A DNA stretch of 64,000 nt from Chrysomallon squamiferum (GCA_012295275.1 CM022670.1:12214001-12278000); one strand, 5' to 3'. Counted from the first letter of the stretch, positions 1 through 30,029 are shown. Numbers and translations are program-made. Notes: generated by a model not told the origin, from the letters alone.

Positions 1-372
1 TGTGTGGACAAAATCACGAAGCAGGAGTCACGTATCTCTGACCTCCGATGTTTATTCGACTCAGAGAATTGGACGAATGTTAATAGTGATCGTATTAAAA
101 AAAACCTTTACCAGTTTGTTTTGTTCATGGTCCTGTTTATATTGTTTTCTTCATGCTGCTTTTTTTTTTTTTTGTCCCTCTTTTACGATCTGAATGTTTT
201 TATTTCAGGCTGTTTGTCTACCTACATAACATTCCTATGTCGTTTCTGTATACATTTCTTTCTTTCTTCTACTCTTGTCCACCACTATAACATTTATTTA
301 AACTGTTATTTTCTTTACTCAAAAATGTACCAAGTTCTCTGAAAAATTTAAATATGTTTATCTCTGTGTGTG

Positions 373-440
<68 letters not shown>

Positions 441-1171
441 AAAACAGAATAAACAGATATAAAATATATATAAATAACCAACGGACTAATTATAGAAATG
501 ATATTTATGGTTTACTATCTTAAAGAAATTAGATTAACGCCTTTAAATATATCAGATTCTCTGAAAAATTCTTATATATTATATAATTAAATAAAACTAC
601 AACAAACAAACGAACAAACTAGTAATACCAAACGGACTGTAATTCTAAAAATAATATTTATGGTTTACAGTTTTAAAGAAAATTAGAGTATCGCCTTCAA
701 GAACAATAATGGTTATCTGGCAGCATACAAAGTGTACAAAAGAAGCAGAAAGGAACGAAATATTATATGCCACATTTTAGTTTTGTCGTTATTTGAAAAT
801 GTCCAGTCATTGATCACTTACTCCTGTAGGATTTGTTTTTCAATCATTCTAAAAATATAACGAGCGGAGAGAATCTATCGGGAACCGATATATAGAAAAT
901 ATAAATTGAAATAACATGATACGTCTCTCAGAATTGATAAATCGGTATTTCATACATCATTAGACTGCAAAATTTTCAAATATTGAATTCCAGTCATACG
1001 TGTAGTAACTGTATCGCTAACTGAAATCAGATTATGATGCATATCTATGTATATAAATATAATCTTTCTTCACATATACTAATACATAATGTATTTACGA
1101 AATCAGATTTTGTTCACACGAATACACTACAGCCTTCTCCATACTCTCTTTTATCTAAATTATCTTTTTAA

Positions 1172-1350
<179 letters not shown>

Positions 1351-2883
1351 CAGAAGCACATTCCAGCGGTTTGACCACGTTTGCTACCGTTAAATGGGGT
1401 GTTTTCATAACCGCCCTGAGATCGATCTGTCTGCATTCTGTACAACCATCCAGACAAATATCTTTATCCATTGTGCAAACGTAATCAATACGAAACAGAT
1501 GTGACATTTATCACTTTGTTCATTTTGGTTGAAATAATAACAGGATTTGTATGAGGAATCCGTTTGTGAATGAATCCAAGACGAAGAACATAACGTATCA
1601 CTGGAAACAATGTTTAGACAGCCGCTACGGTTGTCTCCTAGTACTAGGGTAGAAAAAAAATGTGTACGTTCAAGAAAAAGAATACTGTACACATTGCACA
1701 CTAAAGATAAAAATCTTGAAAAAGTAAATACATATAGCTTATAGATGTTAGGAGGTACAAACAACACAATTTGAACACTTTTTAATAACTAACTAATCTT
1801 TTAACATTTAGAAAATAGACCTGTGAAATCAGTCCTTGATAGATTTGACATGACTGTCTATTCATTCATAAGGCATATTCATACATCACTGTTCTAATAT
1901 TTATTGTACATACATTTTGAGTTTTTATTTGAGTCACATGCTCTTTAGCTAAAGAAAATACTGCATTGATTTGTTGTTACGACAACGATTTCAACATAAC
2001 GTAAATTTTAATGATATCAGTAATATCAATTTTCCCGTTCTTATGTTATAATATTCTCTGCATTATCATTCAGACTTTCAGTTCTATAAAACTCTTTTTA
2101 ATTTACCTGGAAAATTACACAGATTGTATGGGTAATGGAGTGCAGCACAATAAAATACGGCCTACCTCTGTGATTTGGTTAGGTGCTTATAATGTTTCAG
2201 TCAAACATCATTGTTTCGATTTTCGTTCACGACGAAACTAACCTGTAAAAAAATCTGAATGATTTAAACAAAGATGAGGTAACCGATATACTGAGTACTG
2301 AAGAGATACTGGATTGTATTACTCAACAACGACGTGGTTGATGCCCATGGTTATTGATTTGAACATTCATCATTGTCGCTGTCTTTCCGTCTTTCTTGGT
2401 TCTCTATACACCGTTTTTACATCTTGCCTTTTTTCAGTCTTTGTGCATAAACTTTGATAACATAATTCTAACCGAATTACCGAATTCTAAAGTCTGAAAT
2501 GTTGGACCACAAGACTTTCTCTAACAAAGGAACAGCTATACTTAGTGAACGAAAAGAAGAAGAAGAATAAGGTTAATAAGTGGCCGTACGTTCTAGAACA
2601 TTAACCTATCGTGATACATCATGAAATGAATCCCACTCTAACCTATTAATTTGAAAATGATTTAAGAGATATTCTATACCTTAATGCACAAAATGAGATT
2701 ATTATTATTATCAGCGGTCGTTTGTGAATGCAAAACAGAAGTCCATCGAGACGGAGGCTGCCAAAAAAAAACCTCCCTAAATCTTGGATGATTGAAGGAT
2801 GAGCATTATTATGAACAAGTTGGTTTGTTGAAAAGCTTTGGAACATCAGTGTTATCAGATACCACTGTTAATGATTTTACATG

Positions 2884-3020
<137 letters not shown>

Positions 3021-3984
3021 AAACAGCTACAGATGCCGAAGAAAAAAAACAACAACAACAAAAACAAAAAAAATTAGAAGAAAAAGTGAGAGTAAAGCAG
3101 ATAAAGAGATAGATATTATTGATTGAATGTAAGAATGAGAGGAAAGTTATTGCTGATTGTTTGCCATGATTCATTTGTTAGCAAGAAAAAAGTACACTTC
3201 AATAAAAATACAAAACAGTCACTTACAAGTGTATACAGATGTATCAAAGTTATTTTTACCTCAACAGCGAGCACATTTAAATAATATTTTAACGAGTTCG
3301 GCTGAACACAGAGGCAAATTTAAGTTAGAGCCAGACAAGGAAGCAGGAAGAATTTAAAATCTGGAAAATCAAATCAAACTAAAGCGTTTAATATCTAGCA
3401 TGTGAATATGTAAACCTTCCTCTCTTATTCTCCCGCAGGGGAGTTTCTTTTGACAGCGACTACAGACGGTTAAATCAGTTTGATTACAAACAGTACATAC
3501 CGTACAACCTCTTGTAAACGTCATGCTTCATAAATTGAACTGAAATTGAACTGAATATCGATTGTTGGTAATGCAGAGGATTACGTTATTAGACAGCTTT
3601 GTAACATGCGTGGGTGCAGTTTGAATACTTATAGGCATGCTTTTATCAGAGGCTTGTCAAAGTTTGCAAAATCTAAGTTCGCCAATGTTCGTTGAAGTAA
3701 TATTGAATCCTAAATGAAAACGTTTATGTGAGAAAGTACTGGAAAAGAGAAAAGTTCATTGATGTTACTGAAATAAACGTATCTTTCGTTTCTAATCTCT
3801 ATAGCACTTTTAGTACACAGTTTACACTCGAGCTGTTAACGTCTTTGCTGCTTGTAGTTTTCCAAAATTGTTTGACATAGTAAAATATAGATTAAATGTA
3901 GCCTGTTGAGGTAGTAAATTATCAATTATTATTCAAGAAAATTTGAAAAATAATTAATATCAGTTTTCATATATCGGTTATATT

Positions 3985-4118
3985 ACATTTTGACCTCGTT
4001 TGAAGCCAATTTGTTATATATATTAATAAATCGGCTTCAAATACACACACACACAAACACACATTTTTTGACCTCGTTTGAAGCCGATTTGTTATATATA
4101 TTAATAAATCGGCTTCAA

Positions 4119-4173
<55 letters not shown>

Positions 4174-4200
4174 TTTTAACCTCGTTTGAAGCCAATTTCT
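3985..4200 (+). repeat. Hairpin-containing tandem repeat (2 full and 1 partial unit) separated by (CA)n
   Basis: acctcgtttgaagccRatttgttatatatattaataaatcggcttcaaata at ~3993 and ~4071, partial at ~4179. Confidence 0.9.
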
Positions 4201-4419
4201 TTATATATATATGTACAAAAACACACTCAAAAACAACAAACAAACAACAACTTCCCTAACCTACCAGTATATTACACAAAACAAAATAATAAAACCAAGA
4301 CGAAAATAATAAAAGCTGAAGTAAAACAAAAAAGTTATGAATTAAATGAAATAATGTTGTGGGGATTTTTTGTGTTTGTTTTTTCAAAATTCATTTTACA
4401 CATTTTATTTCTTTTGCAG

Positions 4420-18057
<13,638 letters not shown>

Positions 18058-20483
18058 TTAACAGTGTTAAAAGTGATTAATTAAAAAAAATAATAATGAA
18101 AAAAAATAAAAAAGATCATTCACGTGAACAACAGCAGTCTCATTCCCGGTGCTAATCGCTCGTGAAGACAAAAATATCACTTAAAACTGTAAACGGACAC
18201 GTTAAAATGTCCCTTTAATAACGACAGTGAGCGCAGAAAGGTCATTTAACAAGTAATCCAACAAAATGGTAAATGGAGTCACTCTCTCTTGATAACGGCG
18301 TATTGACTATACACGAAAAAGCAGCTACTTGACGTAATGCTTTGTGTACGATACCGGAAAAACAGGCATTTTTGCAAAAATTGCTTGTTTACGAAACCGG
18401 AAGAACAGCCATCAGCATATTCCACTTTTTTTTTTTTTTTTTGAAATAATATCGGCAAAAATGCAGAAGTGTAAGAAAACTCGATATTTTCATTAACAGC
18501 GGTTGATTGCTGTGTTAAAAATTCAGTGTGTTATTTTAGCGAGATGAAAATATTAACGTGTGCACGACTATGAAGAAACTCAATACTAAAAAGCAGATCA
18601 GGTAACAACGTGTTTTTCAGGTCTTTTGTGCTGGAGGTTAGATTGTTTAGAACGGTGTTTTTGTTATCTTTTTAATATTTTTTTTTTTTGCATTATTATT
18701 ATTATTATTATTATTGCTTTTTTGTGACGAAATTTGTATAAATTTGAAAACATTGATAAATCTGTCTTTATTTATTTTATTTTATTTTATTTTATTTTAT
18801 TTTATTTATTTATTTTTTTTTTTTTTAATTAATTTTATTATTCAGTAGTAAAGTAATACAAAATAAAATAATGAATCATATTTCATTTTTATACTGAATG
18901 ACGTATTTCAGTCGAGGTTTTATCTGAAATGCTGTAAAAATAAAGTATATTTGAAGACAGCAGAATATCTACACTGATCTTCATTAAACATGAATAGAAC
19001 ATATAATAATAAACAATCCATACGCGGCAACACAGCATCATCTCAAACCCAGATAAATGTACATGTAGTTTATACATGTATCTTTATATGTTTATAGTAT
19101 AAATATTTGATATGTTTGTAAGCTTTCCTTATTATTAAAGAAACGGAGGAATACCTTAAATATGTTTTTGCTTATAAATACGCAATAGGCCTACTTTGTT
19201 TTATGGAGAAATGTTATATAAAATCAAGGAGAAATGCATCTGTTAAAATATTGCATAGCGAATGATATTATATCGATAAAATTCCATATTACTGATCGTG
19301 CTGTATCGTTTATTTGATATTTTTTTTTATTGTGTATTACGGAAAAATACGACCTTTAAAATGTTTCATTACGTAATATATCGAGATATTACGAAACAAA
19401 CCCGAACAAATCTGTACACATTTTTTTTTGAATTAGGGCATTTACACAAAATCATTGTTGTATGATCCAGTTTCTGTCTGTATCAGTATATCCAGTATAT
19501 CAGTATATCATTATATGTGTAAATATAAAATCTAATTTAGAATAATATTAATTTTCTTTTATGGAAGCGAGTAATGAACATGAAAATTTATCTTTTATAT
19601 TAGGAATGATGCTTTTAATTTGTTTTCTCTAGTAACGACTTGTATCGAGCTTTGTACTGTCAAGTTAACAAACTGAGTTTTAGGCTTGTGGATTTAACTT
19701 TATTACACATTTTATTATATTACTTTTTATTAACAAAAAAAACAAAACAGAACAATAATGAAACCTCCCTAAATACCTTTGCGATCATCATCAACAATAA
19801 TAATAATACAAAATTAAATAATAAAAAGTGAAAAAAAAAAAAAAAAAAAAAAATAAAAAAAATGAAAACAAAATCAAAGAAAAAAGAAAAGAAAATGGCT
19901 ACCAATATACACGCATGTATGTATACACAGTCAACGAAATAAAAATAAACTAAGAAATATTTTTATCAGATTTATTTCTTTGTTTTAACATTACATCGAG
20001 CAAATAATGAACTTGCTAGTTTTTATAACGTCTGCAGTGTTCTTTGTTTATCGTGTTTATTGAATAACGTTTTATTTTCTATCACAATACTGTATTTAAA
20101 AATGAAATAAATTTTCCGCACAAGGTTTCACTTTGAAAACCTACGTAAATAAAGATAACTGAATACATATGTATTAAGAATTAATTATGTGAATGTATAA
20201 TATACTTTGTATTCATTAACCACGTGTGTGAATGGACAGTTTATTGATTTATGTAATAAAATTATTTTTTCTCAACAGTTTTTGTTTTCGTAACTCTTCT
20301 ATGGCAGTGGGTGGTAACATACATACACACGTACATGTATGGATATTTAGTCAGTGGTGGTCAAAGGATCTAGTCTAACCTAGCTGAGAGAAAAGAAATC
20401 TAGAACAAAAAAGACACTGGAAATAAAATATTAGTTTATAATTTAATGATATATTAAACATTTCTGATAAGTAAATTATGTAG

Positions 20484-20765
20484 ATGTATGTATCTATGTA
20501 CGTGTGCATGTATGTATATAATGTATGTATGTATGTATGTATGTATGTATGTATGTATGTATGTATGTATGTATGTATGGATGGATGTATGTATGGATGT
20601 ATGGATGGATGGATGGATGTATGGATGTGTGTATGGATGTATGGATGTATGGATGTGTCTGTGTGTATGCATGTGTGTATATATGTATGTATGTATCTAT
20701 GTATGTATGTATGTATGTATGTATGTATGTATGTGTGTATATGTATGTTTGTATATGTATGTATT
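20484..20765. repeat. (ATGT)n/(ATGG)n tetranucleotide microsatellite
   Basis: Seen directly. Confidence 0.95.
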
Positions 20766-21758
20766 TTGTGTGTACGCTCGTTCGTTCGTATTTATATTTA
20801 TTCTCTTTTTCTAAGCTACATTTGCACAATTTATAAACAAAATTAATATTATTTAGATATTCTTGTATCATTATTTGCTTGTTACTTGATAATCACTTTG
20901 CTGCAATTTTCTAGCACATTTCCACACTTTTGTTTGCGGTTGTTTAACCACTGTTATTTGCAATGGCCCAGATAGTGAATGCAGAAAGAATCAAGTAACA
21001 ATTCCTTAACGCGAGTCATCTGATCCCATGCAAACAGTTTAATCATATCGTTTGTCGCTTAACGATTCTATTTACAAGCCAACCGCTCTAGGCTGCAGTT
21101 TAATAAAGACAGAAAAATAAACAAGACACACATTCCATCACTGTTAGAAGCGAAAATTCACAAGTAATTGTCGTAACATTAAACATAATCTGCAAAGAAA
21201 CATTTGATCGTTTTGATTCGAGTAGAATATACAAAGAGATCATTTATCATTTTTAACTGCGTTGTATGACATTTTCAGAATACACCAAAGGCGGAATCAA
21301 TCATAGAAGATTACAGATTTATACGGCTGTTATTTCCCCGGTATCCACTGCAGCATCGTCTCCGTTCACAACGTTGTGATAATGACGATTCGCTCATTCT
21401 GTGTCAGTAGAAGCAGCAGGATTTTACTCGGTCACCACGTCGACCTCGTCGTTTCTGGTACAGCAGCGACGCAAAGGCAGAAATAACATCCTATCATTTA
21501 TCATTATATCTGTATGACGTTTTATTAAATAAAGGAAAGATGTATAGCCGTTTTGACTCCAGTGTTGGCCTATGGAATAAATAAAAAAAAATGATGGAAA
21601 ATAGAAAATTAATTTGATAATATTGCCAAATTCGATAAACTGTTCGTAAATATGTTTTTGTCAATTTGATTTTGAGATGACAGATGTGAGGAGACTGTAA
21701 ATGGGAAATCATTGTCATTCAGTAAGACACACCACAACTCTGGTCATAATGACTGTTT

Positions 21759-22021
<263 letters not shown>

Positions 22022-23209
22022 CAGAAAGATACACACATACATATATACGCATCCTTTTCAACTATAGAATAAGAAAGAGAAAGCACTATAAAACTTACGT
22101 ATGCATATATATGTATATATGTATATCAGTTAAATATAATTAATAAATGAATAAAGAGATATAAAGAACAATAATATACATTCTGTTATCCATTCATATT
22201 ACAGTAAAGAGAAACCTTGACACGTTGTTTAAACTCCAGTGAAAGACAACATGATTTAATCAGGCTGAATCTGTGAGAGTCATAATGCCGAATCAATCAC
22301 TGTTGACTAAAACCATCAAACACGTACTTAAACCATCATACACGTACTAGCACATCCACTTCAGACTGTCATAATAAGGCGTTACCTAAACCAAGCCCAC
22401 ATAAACGCCAGGTCGCACCAACAACCATCATTTCCATAACCATCGCTTATTATGCACATTGATGGGAAACATTATAAAATAAGAATCGTTATTAGATGCT
22501 TTTCCATTCGTGTCGAAAATGGCTGAACATATTAACGTTATTGAATTACACCACAGAAACCGGGCCAAGTCGAAATTACCATGATTAGCGGTTTGAATCG
22601 TAGGAGGGAAGCTTGTGGCGAGTGTCCGGACTGGAATAGAATTAGGAACAATGCTGTGCAATCTTTCTAGTGTATTTAAAAGTGAACTAACTACATTTTT
22701 ATCGGATAATCACACACCGATGCCAAGTGCACCTGTTAATAACGATTCAGATGAAGACGTCAGCTGTGTTATTTTTCAATCTTACAAACGGACTGGCCAT
22801 CTCATTTCACTAATGCCCGTACAGAAGTGCTGATGAATGTCCACGGTGATGTTAAAGACGGAGAGACGTTTTCAGATGAAGCTATGTCAAAAATAGCGTA
22901 ACTCGGTGTAAAGAAGTGAAGACAATTAACACAGATTTGAAAGGTTAACTTGGTGCAGTATTACAGTGATTTCTAAACATGTTTATTTTGTTATTTAGTT
23001 CTCTGTTTATTTTGTTATTTAGTTCTCTTTTTGTTTATTTTGGCAAAATGTTAATAATTACACTAATCACGATAATGGTGTTATTATGGCTTGGCTATGC
23101 AATTATGCTATCCGCGATAATCTATTTTAAAAAGATGTAAAGAATACTCCAAAAGAAGGAAGGGAAAACCAGTAAAACAGACAGTTAAACTCAAGGGCGA
23201 GCGGTCGGG

Positions 23210-23371
<162 letters not shown>

Positions 23372-23453
23372 CCAAAGAAAGTAAATAAAAATAAAATAAA
23401 GCAGACCAAGCGGATAATACACAAAACAACATACAAAATAAGTTACAAAAAAC

Positions 23454-23497
<44 letters not shown>

Positions 23498-24003
23498 CAA
23501 ATCAACAACAACAACAGCAATAATAGAAACAACAACAACAACAAGAATAATAATAATAGTAATAGTAATATAAGATGATAAACAGTAGTTTTGCAGTAAT
23601 TATGCTGAAAATATCTCAGAACATTCCTTAAGCCTGTTAGTTGTGCATGTGTGTCCTGTTACCCAACGTTTAAGAAGTTGATAACACACAATTTTCTTGA
23701 ACTACACAGTCTCCTAACAGCATCAAGCAGTCATTATCGGATCATTTACTTCTGTTTACGAGTTCGGTTACATCAACCAGCCAGTCTGTTTCCTTTTTGT
23801 TCTTATCATATTGTATCTGTTTTAAAGGCAGATTATGGAAGTTAAAATATATGGAAGGAACAATCAGAGTCATATTACCCAAATTTAAAAAAAAAAAAAG
23901 AAGTTGAGGATTGTTTTACAAATGTTTAAATTGGTATTTGTTCTGTAACTTTGACATTTTCGAGAAATACTGACAAAAGAGATTGATAAAGTTTGTGAAA
24001 ATA

Positions 24004-24036
<33 letters not shown>

Positions 24037-24770
24037 TGCACACTGACATACATACGTCTCTCTCTCTCTATCATTTTTTCTAACTCTATCAGTTGTCAGT
24101 GTTTCTCGAAAATGTCAAAGTTACAGAAAAACCCACACAGATATATATGTGTGTGTTTTTTTATATATATATATATGTAGCTAGATAGATAGATAGATAG
24201 ACTGAGAGAGAAATCAGTAGATGGATCAATAACCTGATAAACTGGTAATAGGTAGGAAGATAGAGAGATATATAGATAGATGATGTACATAGTTAAGCAG
24301 GATTAATATAAGCGACAGAAAGATTCAGAAAGACAAAACGAAAAGAGAGAGACCGTAGGAAAAAAAAAAATTAAGGTAGAACATAGAAAGAAAGAAACAG
24401 AGATAGCAATACGGAAGGACGGATGGTAAATACTGCAGAAAATATTTATTAAATATTTATTAAATATTTTCACTTATGCATAAATTAATTCCGACTGTTT
24501 ATTTAAACTGGGACGTTTAGGACACGAACTGGAATCACATTCGAAGTTCTCTTTATCATGAGTTATGTATTCGGTTCTTGTTTCGTAATGGACAGAAAAT
24601 TATAGCTTGGCTGCGTTTGTTACCACATTTTGCTGATAGCAGCGAAGCAAGGCAATTAAACTGTTAGTTACGTCTGTGCTATGAATCGGTTTTACATTCG
24701 CTAAAAATCCCGATAAGGTGTCGTTAATTTCAACAAAAACCCATTTATTATCTCTTTGTGGAAAGACAAA

Positions 24771-24771
24771 C

Positions 24772-24855
<84 letters not shown>
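24771..24855. repeat. (GA)n microsatellite
   Basis: Seen directly. Confidence 0.95.
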
Positions 24856-24858
<3 letters not shown>

Positions 24859-27621
24859 TTAGAATTTTTTAACATTTCTGTTTTGGTGCAGTGTGAATGG
24901 GCGTTTTACAAATTGCATGTTTCAGATTAGTTCAAAACGATTGAAATAATGGCTTCTAGTACGAGAAAACGCGCTATCAATTCTTGTTGGACCAATTACA
25001 GCTATCAATGTACGTTGCTCGTTTTTCACGCCCTGTAATAGAACTTTGAATAATTTACTGCATTTTACATGTGAACGGCTATTCCCGTTACACGTCCAGG
25101 CAGATTGCTCCAGTTACAGTGGAAAAAGAAGCTCGGCAATAAACAACGTCTCTGAACGCTTCATTTAATTCGAAAATCGGAAATCAAAACATAAATTGTT
25201 CGTTTTGTTAATTTGACAGAATTTTATGGCTTGCAGAAGTAGTGCGGTTTGTAAAAAAAAAAAAAAAAAAATATAAAAATATAAAGAAATATGTACAAGA
25301 TTAAAAGAAGATATAAAGTATATTTTAATGATTTGCGTAAAACAACGAAAAGAAATGAATGTTTTTATAAATTGAATGGTTTCTTTTTTTTTTTTTTTTT
25401 TTTTTCCAGTGAGATCAAATAACAGAACTGATCCTCAACAATCACATTGGGAGCAGTCGTCACCGAATAGCAGCCATATATCTTATACATTTCTTCTTTT
25501 TTCTCTTTTTAAATATATACCTTTTTTTTTTTTTTTTTTGCTACGACTGTCGCCGAATTAATATTTCAACTGTTAAATAACCTACTGTACCAGTCACTCT
25601 GGGACTGGCTGTTATTAATTATTCACAAGTTTAGAAAATTACGTTACGTCAACGTCTGCAGGGGACGTCGTGAATGGCGTAGTTTCTTTTCGCTTCATGC
25701 ATGGTCAGATCTGATGCAGACTTACAATTAACGACAACGACCATCAGCGATGAGGAAAGCAGCAACTTCAGCAGATATAGCAACAGCGACAACAACTACA
25801 ACAATAAAAACGATACGTAAAAGAACTAAATTGTTATTCACATGTTTGTTGTGGTATTTTAAGAATTATTTGTTTACTATTGTAAAATCTTAAGTAAAAT
25901 TTAAATTTATGCAGACTTAAAAAGATTCTGTGATAATACGAACAAATAGTACGACATATTTAATATAATAAGAAGTGACTGTTACTAATTATTGCTACGA
26001 CCTTTGCTAATAATAAAGTATTACAGTCAAAAACAAAAAACAAATTCAGAATTATGGAGGCAGACAGATACATACTCGCATTTGGAAGATTTATAATTAT
26101 TGTAGATCAACTTACTTTCTTCTCCATGTTAAATACTACTTCAGTTTTATCAACCATAAGGAGTTAATGAAGGGGTAAAATATAATTTGGAACGAACATT
26201 CACGACTATTTTTGATGCGGCAGCGTACTGAGTAATCAAGCTCAGTAAGAGTTAGCGTGTATTTAAATAAGTGAACTGTGATGTATGCAGGACCTGAAAC
26301 CGCTGGGACACGCTAACAAAGATCACGGAGTCCACGTGATATATGGCAGAGATAAAAACGTCCGCTTGCCTTTTGTTTGACTTCTCTCGCAGGTCCTGTG
26401 TTTGTCCAGCAAACAGTCTGGTTTCAGTGCTGCCGTGCTTCCCACCTGACCTTGACCCCCGCCAATTGCAGTAAAACGCTGTTTTAATCACAGACGCTGT
26501 TTACTGACATGCAGCGAAATTGTGATTGGGTTTTTGGATGTGATGCACAAAACTTGTCGAAATGCAGCACGATCATCTGAGACTAAGTGTAGAGGAATAA
26601 TAATTAATTTCGTTTCGGGTGAAAAACTGAATCTGTCGCCGCATGAGACGCGTTGACGCGAGATTTCCAATAAAAGAGAAAATGTTTTTTTAATAATAAT
26701 TAAACTTTTCATTTTCTTTCTCCGATTTCTTTGAGGGATCCATAAAACCTCCATGTAATTGTCATTTCGCTCATGTTGAATGAAACAATGACTAGATGTT
26801 GAACTGTCTGTTTTACAAATGTTTTTATGGACATTATCATTTGCAGACAATGTGTAATTTCAAGAAGACGTGTTGTTTATAACTGCTATTATGTTTTGTC
26901 CTCTAAAACAATTATTCATTTTTCCATTGTTTGAGTATTGTTTGTTTTTTGTTCTTTAAAGCTTTTTGGTTAGAATTCAACTACAAAAAATAAAAATATA
27001 AGAAATGTGTGATATGTGTGTCACAAAAGAAATGAAAAACAAAATCAAAATAAAAATAAACTGAGAGAAAATTTAAAAAAATGCTCCTTCAGTCTTTATA
27101 GCCCTAAGTTGGAACTCGTTTGGTTTATTTCTAAATCCAGGCCTGGATAAAATGTAATTAGAACGAGCTGTTTGAAATGCAGTTCTGAAGATAAAGTTGG
27201 AATCAGAAGTGTTATTTTGAAGGTTATTTTGTCGCGAACAACAACCGAATCTTTAGCATTAATTCCTAACAGATTAATTTGTAAATAACCAGTGGCCAAA
27301 CAAACGAGAAAAATTAGAAATTGCTTTTAGTCTATTAAATACATTCTCGCCTAGAAGCATGTACGACACCGAACAAAAGAAATCATCTCAAAAGAGAGAT
27401 TTACACGCCAGAGGCGTGTGCATGTAATTAAAGAAAACTGCAAAATCAGATAAAAATTGAAAATTTCAGTGTTTTGTACTGTTTAGGTGTCATTTTATAC
27501 CTGAGGAAAGTTCATTGGCTCAGTGGGTTAGAGTGCTAAGTTGTGTCATGATAGTAATAGTATCACTATCCATTTCAGAACATTCTTTCTGCTGCTTTCC
27601 GTTCCTGTCATTGCTCTAGAA

Positions 27622-27970
<349 letters not shown>

Positions 27971-28604
27971 TTTTCTCCTTTTCTACGTTGCTTGGTTATG
28001 TCAGATAAGAGTAATCAGTAGAGTTAGAGACGAAATTCCTTTATCACATCATCAAAAACGTTTACTTTTCGTCACATCGCAGCAGCCAATATTAAACTGT
28101 CATTAACCAAACACCACAGAGCGAAAGTGGGTTAAACAAGCATTATTTATATTTAAATCCTAATTTAATTTTTCAGTTAATGTATGAAAGACTGAAAGAT
28201 ATTCAAATGCTGTTTAACTCACGCATAGAGAAATTCAGTGTAGCTGGGAGACAATGTTTAAGTTTAGAAAACAAGAAAACTGTGATGTGTGGTTTTTTTT
28301 TTTCCGTTCTATACAAAGAATGGTCAAATCACTCTGACAGCAGACGATATATTCTGTCTGCTGGTTTTGCCTGCAGACGATGATGACATTTTTTGCCTTT
28401 GACAAACACACAGTTCCTTAGTTCGTGTTTTGAAACAAACAAGTCGAAATGTGATTTTAAATCGAAATGATAATGGAATTTTGATGTAAAATTCATATGC
28501 CCCTCTGGGTATCATTAATAGAAAAAAGATTTAAAAAAACCAAACATTTTTTTTTTTTTTTTTTGTTTATTTTAATGATGACTAATATAATATGGGAAAT
28601 GGAA

Positions 28605-28675
28605 CGGGTTTGTCTGTCTTGGTAAGCATTCGCCTCGGGAGCGGTAGGTCGCTGGATCGATTCTCATTAGCCACA
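28605..28675 (+). mobile_element. Possible degenerate tRNA-derived SINE head
   Basis: A-box-like tcttggtaagcattcgcct and B-box-like ggatcgattctc at tRNA-like spacing, no cloverleaf; similar A-box fragment tggctcagtgggttagagtgc at ~27516. Confidence 0.35.
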
Positions 28676-30029
28676 TCGTTTTTCTTTATCTGTTATATTA
28701 TATTATCTGTATTGTATCTTACTTATCATTAACACCGCAAACGCTCTCCAGTCAGTGACAAATCTACGATTCTGGATGAATGGTGTTATTGAAATCAAAA
28801 ATCAAATGTTTATATATATATATCTTTTTTTTTTTTTAAAAGGGTTTCTGTGTACGAATCAGTGATGTAAATGAATAACTCCTACACCCTCTCTTCTCTC
28901 TGACAAATCATCTTAAACAGTGACACTATCTCGAGGAGACACTCGCTGCATCTTACGACCAGTTAGAACATTATATACGACCGTTTGATTCTTCAGCTTA
29001 ATTGCCATTTTCTTTTGGTTTGTTTTCAAACGAAACAAATAAAGCTTATTCATTTAACGAATTAAGATAATAATCTTTCTTCTCTCCCACTCTACTTTTT
29101 TTTCCTATCCTATTTATTTGAACGAATGAACTGAAAAACATCGATTTTCGAGTTTCCCTGTCTTTTTGAATTATGTTCGTCGGGCTTCACTAGGCGAAAC
29201 GAAATGTTCAAGTCGAGCTAAACACATCATTTACAATTTGTCGACAACAAGAAGAAGGCCTGGGTCAGAAATTAAATTAGAAACCGAAAAATATTTATTA
29301 GGCACTTCTTTTACTTTTTTCTTTCTTGTAGTCAGCTTGATGAAAATTACTGTTATAGAGAAGTAGCGTTCGTTATGGGGTAGCATAATGCATGTCGTTT
29401 ATGACAAGTCGCTTTAATGACATTGTACGTAATTCCATTTAAGAGTTTGAATTAAATAAATCAGGGAAACAGTTTTTAGAAGAAAAAACAACTCAGAAGT
29501 GTGTTTGTGTGTTAGAAAGTCATTGAACTTATACAGAAAAATATATTTTGTAAACGTTGATAATTTAAATTAATGATGTCATCATCTTAATATGAATATT
29601 TAAGTATATAATATTTAATTACATATATATTTCATAATGGTAATATGCATCAAAGTAGAAACATATTCATACTACATCGGACAGTTATTTCATCAGAAAG
29701 ATACAAATGATATTATTAATTAAAATTGCACTTATTATTTAACATGAATAAATTAATCTTTTATGTGCAAATGAAGATAATTCCTGTGAACCATTATGTC
29801 TAATGATAACACTCAAACCAGTCACTTATACCTATTTATTTTATCTTAGTTTTCGTTTAAAGTTTAGCAATAATGAAATTTTAAGATCAAATAGAATTAA
29901 TATGAACACTTTTATATAAAAAAGTTTCAGAAAGGAAACAGAGAAAATTGTCCATAATAGTATTCGTAATAGAAATAGTATTACAAATTTAAGAATAAAT
30001 GAAAAAAACTTAATAACAATAAAAACAAC

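Noticed and set aside
476-700. ~70-nt imperfect direct duplication (accaaacggact...cgcctt), and similar small duplications at 46463/46557 and 22981-23040
   Set aside because: Ordinary local intronic or intergenic duplications with no further structure.
3415-3575. Strong acceptor (ctcttattctcccgcag) at 3438 as a missing upstream exon of gene A
   Set aside because: No open frame reaches a phase-0 donor and there is no iGluR-like peptide; it could still be non-coding.
3908-3930. TGAGGTAGTAAATT resembling let-7/miR-98
   Set aside because: Only the first 10 nt match and there is no complementary arm to form a precursor.
27512-27545. tRNA gene (A-box-like tggctcagtgggttagagtgc)
   Set aside because: No B-box, T-arm or acceptor stem; at most a SINE fragment.
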